NCBI GenBank assembly: GCA_963804165.1
Contig: CAWDPO010000035.1
Location: forward strand, 64,001 to 128,000
From: an uncultured delta proteobacterium
GTDB lineage: Bacteria; Desulfobacterota; Binatia; UBA9968
Direction: 5' to 3'
Length of the DNA: 64,000 nt
The position numbers were made by a program, and so were the translations under genes. A model generated the notes under the pieces. It was not told where the DNA came from, did no database searches, and worked only from the letters and a program-made list of their open reading frames with translations. Of this stretch, positions 51,281 to 61,544 are shown piece after piece (position 1 is the stretch's first letter; each line of letters begins with the position of its first letter).

Positions 51281-54232
51281 GTGCCAAGCCATTTTGGTGC
51301 GGCGCAACCTTTACGTATGGATCGGGGCGCCCGCTTCTACAAGTGCGACTTACAGGTTCATACACCAAGGGATTTTCGGAATGGGCTGGTCTGTTTTCCA
51401 CAGTTACCGTGGAAGTGGATCGAGGAGCGTACGCGAAAGCACTTATAGACTATTGTCGCAGAAGAGCCATTGGCGCTATCGCCATAACGGATCATAATGA
51501 CCTCTGCCTTTTCCCATTTGTCCGCGCTGCGGCTCAGGCTGAAAGAAAGCCTGACGGTACCGACTATGCCATTCATGAACAGTTGGTCGTCTTCCCGGGC
51601 CTCGAACTGACATTATCTACGCCACCTGTCAGGCTCTCCTCTTGTTCGATCCAGACTTATCCGACGGCGCCCTGAATCATATTTGGGGTGCGTTGGGAAT
51701 TACTCCTTATCCTTGCACTGAAGCGAAAATCCGAGAAGTGCAAAGGCTTGGCACGGATAAGGACCTTCAGCGTATTGTCGATGTGTTAAACAATCTTTGC
51801 GCGAATCCCGAAGAAACGGATCCGAGGCAGCGCGTCCTGTTTAGGAGACACTTTATTTTATTGCCACACGTTAGGAAGCACGGACATCAAACACTTATCC
51901 GACCCGGTCTTCACACCTCGTATGCGGAGATGCCTTGCGTGGGTGGGTATATTGAAGGGCGTTTTTACAGAGACCTGGACGACGGTAACCGGAAATTCTT
52001 GAAGGTAAACAACGAGAATGGGGATCAAAACGCATCGGGGTCTTTCAAACGTCAGACTGCCGCGAACACTCGCAGAACCCGCGGCAGGGGAAAATTCCGT
52101 TGAGTTCGTGAATCTTGGAAACTGGCCCACATGGATCAAATGGACAACTCCTTCGGCGGAGGCATTAAGGCAAGCATGTCTGGCGTCAGCTTCGCGAATC
52201 TCTCACGTTGAGCCGCAACTTCCATCTCATCAGATACTCAGCGTTCGCGTAAGCGACAGCAAGTTCCTCGGGCAAGCACATTTAGAGCTCAATCCTCAGT
52301 TCAATGCATTCATCGGTGGACGTGGCACTGGAAAATCGACTCTTCTCGAATATGTACGATGGGCTCTCTGCGACGACCCGCGTCCTTTTGACCTTGATCA
52401 GGATCAGCCGAAGAACTACCGGATTTTCAAAAGCGCAGGCGTTCCTTGATGAAAAAACACTGAAATTGCTCAACGCTACAATCACCGTAGAATTCCAAAA
52501 CTTTGGAGCTAGCTACCAAATTATTCGCTCGTCGTTAGAACCCCAAGAAAAAGTAAGAATAGTTTCTTCTGACGGCACAGTCACCGAAATGTTGGGTGAA
52601 CAAGTTCGGCGGGAATTCCCGATCGTTTCTTACGCTCAAAAGCAGCTTAGTTGTGTCGGTACACTACCGGATGAAATTCTACGTATAGTGACCGATCCCG
52701 TACGGTCGGAAGTGTCTAGGATTGACGAAGATATCCGGGACGTTGTCTTGCCCAGATTGAAAGAAGCGAGGCAACGCCAGTTACGTCTTGAGGAACTTAG
52801 GCTCCAGGAGCATGAGTCCGAACAACAAATAGTTTTGCTTAGAGAACAAATCCAGAGCTTACAGAGCCAGTTGGGCAGCTTGAGTGAGTCGCAAAAGCAG
52901 GTGGTCTCTGATCATACGATTCTGACGGACGAAAAACACTGGGTGGACGATGCGTTTACAAAGGTCTCGGACTTTAGAGGAGTTCTCGGTACGGCTCGCG
53001 GAAGCCTTGCGGCAATTCCAGAGTTGACAGTCCCGACAGACAAACCAAACGCCGATAAACTAACGATTGTTGCGACGGCGATCAATCGAGTTACAAAGTC
53101 CCAGCTGATAGAAGAATTAAAAAGGCTGGAAGACATGGTTTCCGGTGTGGCCCTATTGGACGACCGGACCCGGAATGCGATCCAAGACCTTCAACAACAC
53201 TACGCATCACATCAAACCGAGTATAACCAGTATGTAGAGATAGCAGCAAAAAGTGCAAAGCAACTAGACGACATACAAAATCTCAACCAAGAAATGGCGG
53301 TTTTGGGGGACAGAAACAATCGGCTTTGAGGTCCCAGACTCAGGGTCTTTCCAGTGCCGTCTCAAACGCTACCGAATCGCCATGGGACATTTGGATCCAG
53401 AAACATCGACAGCGAGCCGATTTGTTGCGTCAGCAATGCGGAAAACATCAGCACGTTAGCTCAACACGCTTTTAGAGCGACTCTCAAGCCGTGCGCGGAT
53501 CAGAAAGTTATGTTTGAATCGCTCGATCAAGTGGTTTCTCGCGGTCGGGACATTAGAAGGCGCGAGGAAAAAGTACGTAGCCTCTCGACAATTATTGGTG
53601 AAGCAGACGATCCAATAGTTAAGTGGGCGGAGGTAGTCGCTGAACATGAAAGTTTGGTGCGCTCGAAAGAAGGGACGTTTGCCGCCAACGCCACTTCTCG
53701 TCGAGGGCGGACTTTACAGACGCCAACCTGAGAGCGCTGCAAGGCGGATTGGAGCTTCAGAAAATGCTCGAAGAGGTCGAGATATGTCCCATTGCAAGAC
53801 AAAATTATGTTCGAGTTCGCTTTCGGGACGAGAGGCGGACGGGACTACTGAATTTATACCGTTTCACGAGGCCTCGCCTGGTCAACAAGCGACTGCTCTA
53901 ATGAGAACGCTTCTCTCGAAGGAAGGACCACCCCTTTTGATAGATCAGCCTGAAGAAGATCTAATAATGAGCAGATTAGAGCGATTGCGGACCGGATTTC
54001 CGAAACCAAACACAACAGACAACTAATTTTCGTAAGTCATAACGCCAATATCGTTGTGAACGGTGATGCGGAATTGGTCGTACATTTCGATTATGCCCCG
54101 TCGACCGCGACTCAGGGAGTAATTGAGCGAACGGGCTCCATCGATTATGAACCGATTAAAGAAATCATTACGTCGGTGATCGAAGGTGGGCGTGAGGCCT
54201 TCGAGTTACGTCGAGAGAAATACGGTTTCTAG
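51281..54232 (+). CDS. PHP-domain + SMC/ABC-like ATPase (TrlF/Ppl-like), multiple frameshifts
   Basis: CDLQVHTPRD, AITDHND, PGLEL; IGGRGTGKST, coiled coil, SPGQ, LIDQPEEDL, SHNANIVVNGDAE, EGGREAFELRREKY. Confidence 0.85.
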
Positions 54233-54324
54233 TTTCGCATTATTGGCCAATCTTATCCGAAGGAGGTATTTGATTGGAATGCGCTCGGTTAACTTGAAGT
54301 AATTAGATTTTATTAAAATTCGCC

Positions 54325-54783
54325 ATGATTGAAATCGCGAAAGGAAATCTGCTCGAAGCGCCGGTCGACGCTCTCGTAAACACAGTCAATACCCGGGGGA
54401 TCATGGGAAAGGGCATCGCTCTGCAATTTAAACAGGCGTTCCCGGCAATGTTCCGGGATTACGAAAAGGCTTGCAAGGCGAGTGAAGTGCGGCTCGGGAA
54501 AATGCATGTCTATGATCTCGGTGGCTTAGCGGACGGGCCGCACTGGATCATCAATTTTCCAACCAAGGGGCATTGGCGTGACCGGAGCCGATTGACTGAC
54601 ATCGAAACGGGTTTGGAAGATCTAGTTGCTACGATTCTTCGCATGGAGATTCGGTCGATTGCGATACCCCCATTGGGTTGCGGCAATGGAGGTTTGAATT
54701 GGCGCGATGTGCGTCCGCGCATTGAGACGGCCTTTGCCAACTTACCTGAAGTAAGCGTACTTTTGTTCGAACCGGACAAGTAG
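54325..54783 (+). CDS. Stand-alone DarG-type macrodomain (ADP-ribosyl glycohydrolase)
   Basis: LVNTVNT.GIMGKGIALQFK, INFPTKGHWR, IPPLGCGNGGLNW; stops at about the macrodomain boundary (152 aa). Confidence 0.85.
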   Translation: MIEIAKGNLLEAPVDALVNTVNTRGIMGKGIALQFKQAFPAMFRDYEKACKASEVRLGKMHVYDLGGLADGPHWIINFPTKGHWRDRSRLTDIETGLEDLVATILRMEIRSIAIPPLGCGNGGLNWRDVRPRIETAFANLPEVSVLLFEPDK

Positions 54784-54851
54784 ATCCCATCGCTCAATTC
54801 CCTTACCAGACAAGCGTATAAACGAAAGGGTATAACTCGTCGCTCTCGTTT

Positions 54852-55315
54852 ATGAGCCCAAGCGACTACACCGAAGAGCTTCTTGTCGAACAGCCAGCGA
54901 TCGAACTCTTCGATGAGCTAGGTTGGGCGACGGTCTCAGCAACGGAGGAATCCTTTGGTGCGACTGGCACGCTCGGGCGTGAAACCAAATCGGAAGTCGT
55001 TATCGTCCCGAGCCTGCGCGCGGCGCTGGAGCGGTTGAATCCGGCGCTGCCTACCGACGCAATCAATTCTGCTATCGATGAGCTTGCACGCGACCGGTCG
55101 GCGATGAGTCTCGCTGCGGCGAACCGAGACAGTTGGGATTTGTTGCGAGACGGCGTCACGGTCTCGGTCGCTGATCAGCGAGCGCGGCGGGCTGAAGACC
55201 GAGCGGGTGCGGGTCATCGATTGGGAGAATCCGCAGGCGAACGACTTTTTGCTCGTGAGTCAGATGACGATCACGGGTGAGCTTTATACTTGCCGGCCGA
55301 TTTTGTTAACGAACT
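54852..55315 (+). pseudogene. Truncated diverged copy of the hsdR 5' end (copy 1)
   Basis: Colinear with 56850-57320 (YTEELLVEQPA...RETKSEV...VIDWENPQANDFLLVSQ...TCRP). Confidence 0.85.
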
Positions 55316-55374
55316 GCACCGCCTTCATCAGGGATTAGGTCGCGCTGGCATAGGGCGAAAAGCTACGGAAATGC

Positions 55375-55432
55375 ATGTTCACAGAAACATGTATGTTCAC
55401 GTAAGCGTGAACTTAGCGTATTGCATGAACAT
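55375..55432. promoter_or_regulatory. Symmetric array of four ATGTTCA half-sites (putative operator)
   Basis: ATGTTCAC 55375 and 55393; GTGAACTT 55407; ATGAACAT 55425; one shared dyad axis. Confidence 0.45.
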
Positions 55433-55528
55433 AAAGAACTTGTCAGCAGCAGGGTGGAGAAGGCTTTGCGCCAAGCCAGACACGGATACTCAGGCCATGC
55501 ATGCGCGCGGGCCAATTATAACTGACGA

Positions 55529-55766
55529 ATCAGTCCGGAAGGCTATACAGAAGACTGGCTTGTCGAGCAACTCGCGGTGGAACTGTTTCAAGCGCTCGGT
55601 TGGACGGCGGTGTCGGCGTCAGAAGAAATTTTCGGCTTTGCCGAACCCTCACCCCAGCCCTCTCCCCAGTGGGCGAGGGGGTTGGTTGCGACGGGAAACG
55701 AAATCAGAGGTTGTGCTTGTTCCGAAACTCCGGGCGGCGCTGGAGCGGTTGAATCCGGCGCTTTCT
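55529..55766 (+). pseudogene. Truncated copy of the hsdR 5' end (copy 2) with REP-like insert
   Basis: ATC in place of ATG, then SPEGYTEDWLVEQLAVELF...EEIFG-[insert]-RETKSEVVLVPKLRAALERLNPAL. Confidence 0.8.
55644..55683 (+). repeat. REP-like palindrome (CCCTCACCC...GAGGG family)
   Basis: aaccctcaccccagccctctccccagtgggcgagggggtt; related to 61657. Confidence 0.7.
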
Positions 55767-55803
55767 GTGGATTTTATGCCATGTCGAATTTGTCGATGAT
55801 CAG

Positions 55804-56843
55804 ATGAACAAGAGTTCGAAAACCTCCCGAATCGCCCTGCCCTCTGGCTACGCGCCTTTGCTGGCCGATCTGAAGGCGCGCGTGCGGGCGGCTCAGGTGC
55901 GGGCGGTATTGTCGGTCAATCGGGAGATGGTGCTGCTCTATTGGAATATCGGTCGGGAAATCTTGCGCTGCCAGCGCGACGAAGGGCTGGGGAGCGAAGG
56001 TGGTCGAGCGGTTGGCCAGGGATCTGCGGTCGGAGTTTCCAGAAATCGAAGGCTTTTCGCCGCGCAATCTTAAATATATGCGGGCGTTCGCGGCAGCCTA
56101 TATCGGAGAATGAATTGTGCCAACAGGTTGTTGCACAAATTCCCTGGGGACATAACGTGTTGCTGCTGAACAAGCTAAAGCAGCCGGAACTCCGTGAATG
56201 GTATGCAAGGAAGACGCTGGAGCATGGCTGGAGCAGGGCCGTGCTCACGGCCCAGATACAAACTAGAGCACACGGGCGGCAAGGCAAGGCCCTAACCAAT
56301 TTTCAACAAACCTTGCTTCCACCGCAGTCCGATCTTGCCCAGCAGGCGCTCAAGGACCCGTACACGTTCGATTTTCTAACGCTGTCCGCCGACGCGCGCG
56401 AGCGAGAGTTGGAACAGGGACTCGTCGAGCATATTCAGAAATTTCTCCTTGAATTGGGCGTCGGGTTTGCCTTTGTCGGTAGGCAGGTGCATCTGGAAGT
56501 CGGCGGAGAGGATTACTATCTGGATCTGCTCTTCTATCATCTGAGGCTTCGTTGCTATGTCGTGATCGACTTGAAAATGGAGCCCTTCAAACCCGAATTT
56601 GCCGGGAAGATGAACTTCTATCTGTCCGCTGTCGACGACAGGATGCGCAACCCGCAGGATCAGCCGACGATTGGACTGCTGCTGTGTCGAGATAAAAATC
56701 GCATCACGGTCGAATACGCTTTGCGGCAGATGTCCAAGCCGATCGGCGTCGCTCAATGGCGCACTCGACTGGTCGAATCGCTGCCAAAAAAGTTGAAGGG
56801 TGCGTTGCCCTCGGTAACGGAGCTGGAAAAAGAGCTCAGTTAA
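55804..56843 (+). CDS. yhcG: YhcG/DUF1016 PD-(D/E)XK nuclease-domain protein (frameshifts near 55988 and 56100)
   Basis: SVNREMVLLYWNIG, GFSPRNLKYM, IPWGHN, KDPYTFDFL, LELGVGFAFVGRQ, GKMNFYLSAVD. Confidence 0.9.
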
Positions 56844-56849
56844 TTTGCC

Positions 56850-59800
56850 ATGAGTCCGGAAGGCTATACCGAAGACCAGCTTGTCGAACGGCCCGCGACG
56901 GAACTCTTCGCGGAGCTGGCTTGGCAAACCATCTCGGCAAACGAGGAAACCTTCGGGGCGACGGGGACTCTTGGACGTGAAACGAAATCGGAAGTTGTCC
57001 TCATCCCAAAACTCCGCGCTGCGCTGGAGCGTTTGAATCCAGCGCTGCCTGCCGAAGCGATCAATTCCGCTGTCGATGAGCTTGCACGCGACCGATCGGC
57101 GATGAGTCTCGCTGCGGCGAATCGAGACGTTTGGGATCTGCTGCGAGATGGCGTTACGGTCTCGGTCGCTGATCAGCGAGCGCGGCGGGCAAAAGACAGA
57201 GCGGGTGCGGGTTATCGATTGGGAAAATCCGCGGGCGAACGACTTTCTGCTCGTGAGCCAGATGACGATCACTGGCGAGCTTTATACTTGCCGGCCTGAT
57301 CTGATCGGTTTCGTCAACGGGCTGCCGTTGTAGTCATTGAGCTCAAAAAGCCCGGTGTTCCGGCCGAGCAAGCGTTCGATGAAAATCTCACCAGCTACAA
57401 ACATCTGCAGAATGGTATTCCCGCGCTGTTTTGGTACAACGCGCTCCTGATCGCTTCGAACGGAGCGGACAGCCGGGTCGGTTCGCTGACGGCGGACTGG
57501 GATCGTTTCACGGAGTGGAAGCGGATCGAGCGCGAGGATGAGCCGCGGCGGGTATCGCTGGAAGTGATGCTGCGGGGTTTGTGCGAGCCGGCGAGGTTGT
57601 TGGATTTCGTCGAGAATTTCACACTCTTTTCCTGGCACAAGAGCGGGTCTGGTTAAAGCCATTGCGCAAAACCACCAGTACCTGGGTGTGAACAACGCGA
57701 TCCGGGCGACGCGGCGGCGCGAGCGGCGGGGCATGGGCGCGGCGGTGTCTTCTGGCAGACCCAAGGATCGGGAAAAAGCTTCGCGATGGTTTTCTTTGCG
57801 CAGAAGATCCTGCGCAAGGTGCCGGGCAATTGGACGTTTGTCATCGTGACGGATCGGGTGGAGCTGGACGAGCAGATCGCGAAAACGTTCGCGGCCTGCG
57901 GTGCGGTGAGCGACGCGAACGAGTGTCACGCCGAGACTGGCGCCGAATTACGAGAGCTGCTGGCGGGGAATAACCGCTACGTGTTCACGCTGATTCACAA
58001 GTTCCAGACGCCGGAGCTGCTCTGCGACCGGCGCGACGTGATCGTGCTGACCGATGAGGCGCATCGCACGCAGTACGATACGCTGGCGCTCAACATGCGC
58101 TCGGCATTGCCTAATGCGCTATTTCTGGCTTTCACCGGGACGCCGCTGATCGCCGGAGAAGAGCGCACGCGCGAGGTCTTCGGCGATTACGTTTCGATCT
58201 ATGACTTCCAGCAATCGGTGGAGGACGGCGCGACGGTGCCGCTCTTCTACGAGAACCGCACGCCGGAGCTGCATCTCGATAACCCCAATCTCAACGATGA
58301 TATCTACGAGCTGATCGAAGAAGCCGACTTGTCGGAAGAAGCGGAGAAACGGCTGGAGCGCGAGCTGGGGCGGCAGTATCACCTGATCACGCGCGACGAC
58401 CGGCTGGAGACCGTCGCCAAAGATTTGGTGCGCCATTTTCTCGGGCGCGGCTTTCAAGGCAAGGCGATGGTGGTGTCCATCGACAAGCCGACCGCCTACC
58501 GCATGTACGACAAAGTCCAGAAGTTCTGGAAGGACGAGCGCGAGCGGGTGGAGATGGCGCTCATGCGTGAAAGGCCGTCGGATGAGGAACGGGCCGAGCT
58601 TGAGGAGCGGCTGAACGTTCTCAAAACCACCGACATGGCGGTCGTGGTGTCGCCGGGACAAAACGAGGTCGAGGATCTGAAGGCGATCGGCATCGACGTC
58701 GTGCCGCACCGAAAGCGCATGAATGCGGAAAAGCTCGATGAGAAGTTTAAAGATCCGGACGACCCATTTCGCCTGGTATTCGTCTGCGCCATGTGGCTGA
58801 CGGGGTTCGATGCGCCGAGCTGTTCGACGATCTATCTCGACAAGCCCATGCGCAACCACACGCTGATGCAAACCATCGCCCGCGCTAACCGCGTCTATCC
58901 CGGCAAGCAGAGCGGCTTGATCGTCGACTACGCCAACGTGTTTGCGTCGCTGGAAAAGGCGCTGGCGATTTACGGCAAAGGGCGGGGCGGCGAGACACCG
59001 TTACGCGACAAAAAGGAACTGGCGGAACAGTTGCGATTAGCTGTTAACGACGCGACGGCATTCTGCCAACTGCACGGCATCGACCTAGGGAAGATCGAGG
59101 CGACTTCGACTGCCAACTTCGCTCGCGTCGGCGCGATCCAGGACGCGGCGGACAAGCTCATGGCGCCGGAAAATGTGCGACGCGACTTCTTGAGCAAAGC
59201 CGGTTTGGTCGGCGCGCTGTATCGAGCGGTAAAGCCTGATCCGGCGGCGCTCGAGTTGGCACAGCGGTGCGGCTGTATCCTGGCGATCGCCGAGAGGATT
59301 CGCACGACCACCGACCCGCCGGATATCTCCCATGTCATGCAAGGCATTGAAGAGTTGCTCGATGAGTCCATTGCCGCTGTGCCGTTTACGATCGGGGAGA
59401 AGAAAGGCGGCTATTTTGATCTTTCGAAGATCGACTTCGAGGCGCTGAGAAAGAAGTTCGACAAGAACAAACCCACGAACACCGATCTGGAACGCTTGAA
59501 GGCTGCGGTGCGCGCGCAACTGGAGCGCATGGTGCGGCTGAATCGCACCCGCGCCGACTACCTGGAAAAGTTTCAGGAGCTGATCGAAAGCTACAACGCC
59601 GGCAGCCGCAACATCGAGGAGATATTCAAAGAGCTGCTCGATCTCTCCGGCATTTTGACGAAAGAGCAAACCCGCCATGTGCGCGAGAACCTGAGCGAAG
59701 AAGAGCTGACGATCTTCGATATCCTCACGCGGCCCGGGCCGGACCTGAGCGCTCAAGAGCGCGACGAGGTAAAGAAAGTCGCCAGTCAACTGTTGGAGCG

Positions 59801-60005
59801 GTTGAAAGAGCTGTTAGTCATCGGTTGGCGGCAAAGAGTCGGCAGCCGCGCGCGCGTGCGCCTGGCCATCGAAGATGCGCTAGACGACGGCTTGCCGCGT
59901 GCTTACTCGAAAGAGCTTTACGCAACCAAGTGCTCGGCAGTTTTTGAGCATGTCTATGAGAGTTATCAAGGTGAGGGGAAGAGCGTGTATTCGGAGAGAG
60001 CGTAG
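56850..60005 (+). CDS. hsdR: Type I restriction endonuclease subunit R (frameshifts in the 5' third)
   Basis: RPDLIGFVNGLPL.VIELK, WQTQGSGKS, TDEAHRTQY, FTGTP, MWLTGFDAP, QTIARANR. Confidence 0.93.
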
Positions 60006-60159
60006 GTATGAATCCGGACGTGACTAAACTCCGAGCAGTTCTGTCTGGTGAAAGAGTTGGATCGATCAGACGTTGCAGATTCGCGGAACGGCCAGAAAAT
60101 ATTTCTGAAGAGCAACGATGAGTTGATGGCACACAAGAAAGACTGAGATGTGTCGTCGT

Positions 60160-60376
60160 GTCGATCTCCCTTTGCTGCTGCCGAAGGCGGAGCTTGAAAC
60201 GAATCGGTGGTGACGAAGGCGATCGCGGCTAACAAGGCGCAGGTGGGGTTGAAAGATGCGCGGGGATTTGATTCCGAATCAAGGCGGGTTGATCAGCGCG
60301 ATAGTTTTGCAGGAAGCCAAGCTGTCGTCCGAGATCGAGAATGTTGTGACGACGAATGATGAACTTTACCGGGCAT
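60160..60376 (+). pseudogene. N-terminal remnant of a Fic-family protein
   Basis: Hand translation: DLPLLLPKAELET./VVTKAIAANKA./DLIPNQGGLISAIVLQEAKLSSEIENVVTTNDELYRA. Confidence 0.75.
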
Positions 60377-60386
60377 CCCTGCGGTC

Positions 60387-60572
60387 ACATGTTCGCAAAA
60401 CGAACATATTGTAGGAATATGTCGAAAAAAACCGGTTTTTTGGACATATCCCGGAAACATGTCCAAGACGTGGACATGGTTTTTGAGCATGCGGGATTTT
60501 TCGTTGTGGCGCGATATTGAAATCGCGCCAGATAAAGCGGTTTTGGTGGCGCGATTCCGGTTATTGCGCCAC
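60387..60572. promoter_or_regulatory. Two arrays of dyad-symmetric sites (putative operators)
   Basis: Six AYATGTYS-type half-sites symmetric about 60433; two TGGCGCGAT-N6/7-ATYGCGCCA dyads 40 bp apart. Confidence 0.5.
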
Positions 60573-60710
60573 ATTGGACCGAGTTTTTCACTTAGCTCGG
60601 CTCGCGTATCCGGTAAGCTCGTTAATAGAACGATAGTAGGCAATGCGCTATAGTATTCGCCACGCTGATCGAGGATGCGCTATTCCGTTGAATAAGCGGG
60701 ACTTGAGATA

Positions 60711-61022
60711 ATGCAAATCGTCAAGTCCGTTGCTGGTGTTCCCATCCGGCTAACGCCGGAACGAACGGAACACGTTGAGGGGCGGCATCCCGAAATGAGT
60801 GACGAAGGAGAGAGGATTCTGGAGACGTTGTCATCGCCCGATTATGTTCAGGACGGCGACTCGGGGACGTTAATTGCGGTTAAGCATTATCCAAAAACTC
60901 CGCTCACGGAGAAATATTGCTGTGTGGTTTATCGTGAGCTGAGTGAAGACGATGGGTTTATTCTGACAGCTTATTTTGCGACCACACCGGCTGACTGGAG
61001 GAAGGTTATATGGAAGCGTTAA
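60711..61022 (+). CDS. Putative RelE-like toxin of a TA pair
   Basis: IRLTPER..H...RHPEM, ETLSSPD, DGFILTAYF; overlaps the DUF2283 gene. Confidence 0.65.
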   Translation: MQIVKSVAGVPIRLTPERTEHVEGRHPEMSDEGERILETLSSPDYVQDGDSGTLIAVKHYPKTPLTEKYCCVVYRELSEDDGFILTAYFATTPADWRKVIWKR

Positions 61023-61237
61023 AACTTTTTGACAAGAAGGGTGCTCCCTTGGACTGGGATTACGACGGCGATGCCGACACGCTCTATATTAGCTTCGGAA
61101 AACCAAAACCTGCGCTGGGTGTCGATGTGGGCGACGGTGTCATTGTTCGATACGACGAGAAGGCTCGCGAGGTGGTCGGGTTGACACTCATCGGCGTCGG
61201 AAAACGAATGGAAGAATACATTAAAAAGAACCCGTAA
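61010..61237 (+). CDS. DUF2283-family protein (putative antitoxin)
   Basis: YDGDADTLYISF, VIVRYD...VVGLTLIG. Confidence 0.8.
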   Translation: MEALKLFDKKGAPLDWDYDGDADTLYISFGKPKPALGVDVGDGVIVRYDEKAREVVGLTLIGVGKRMEEYIKKNP

Positions 61238-61352
61238 AGATTGAGGTCACAAAGATCCCAGTGCACGCGAGCTCGTTATAATGGCTGGCAATATTATATG
61301 CACAGCTCCGATGGATCGGGGTATCCAGCGCCAAGTGAAAAAAGCAGGACCG

Positions 61353-61541
61353 ATGCAGAATCTCACTTCAGAAATCGACCGGCTTTTTGCCGCGAAGCAA
61401 GAGCGTCGCCACAAGCTTGCAGCGCTGCCTTTCTCGGAAAAGGTTCGAGCTGTGGTTTGTCTCCAGGAGATGGCCGCTCCGGTATTGCGCGCGCGAGGTA
61501 GAACAGTGCGCGTGTGGACACTAGACAACCGTGTCACGTAG
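61353..61541 (+). CDS. Small hypothetical protein
   Basis: AGGA RBS; AAKQERRHKLAALPFSEKVRAVVCLQEMA. Confidence 0.6.
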   Translation: MQNLTSEIDRLFAAKQERRHKLAALPFSEKVRAVVCLQEMAAPVLRARGRTVRVWTLDNRVT

Positions 61542-61544
61542 CTC

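Noticed and set aside
54325-54783. Complete DarTG system
   Set aside because: No DarT-like ORF is adjacent; only 92 nt separate it from the upstream ATPase
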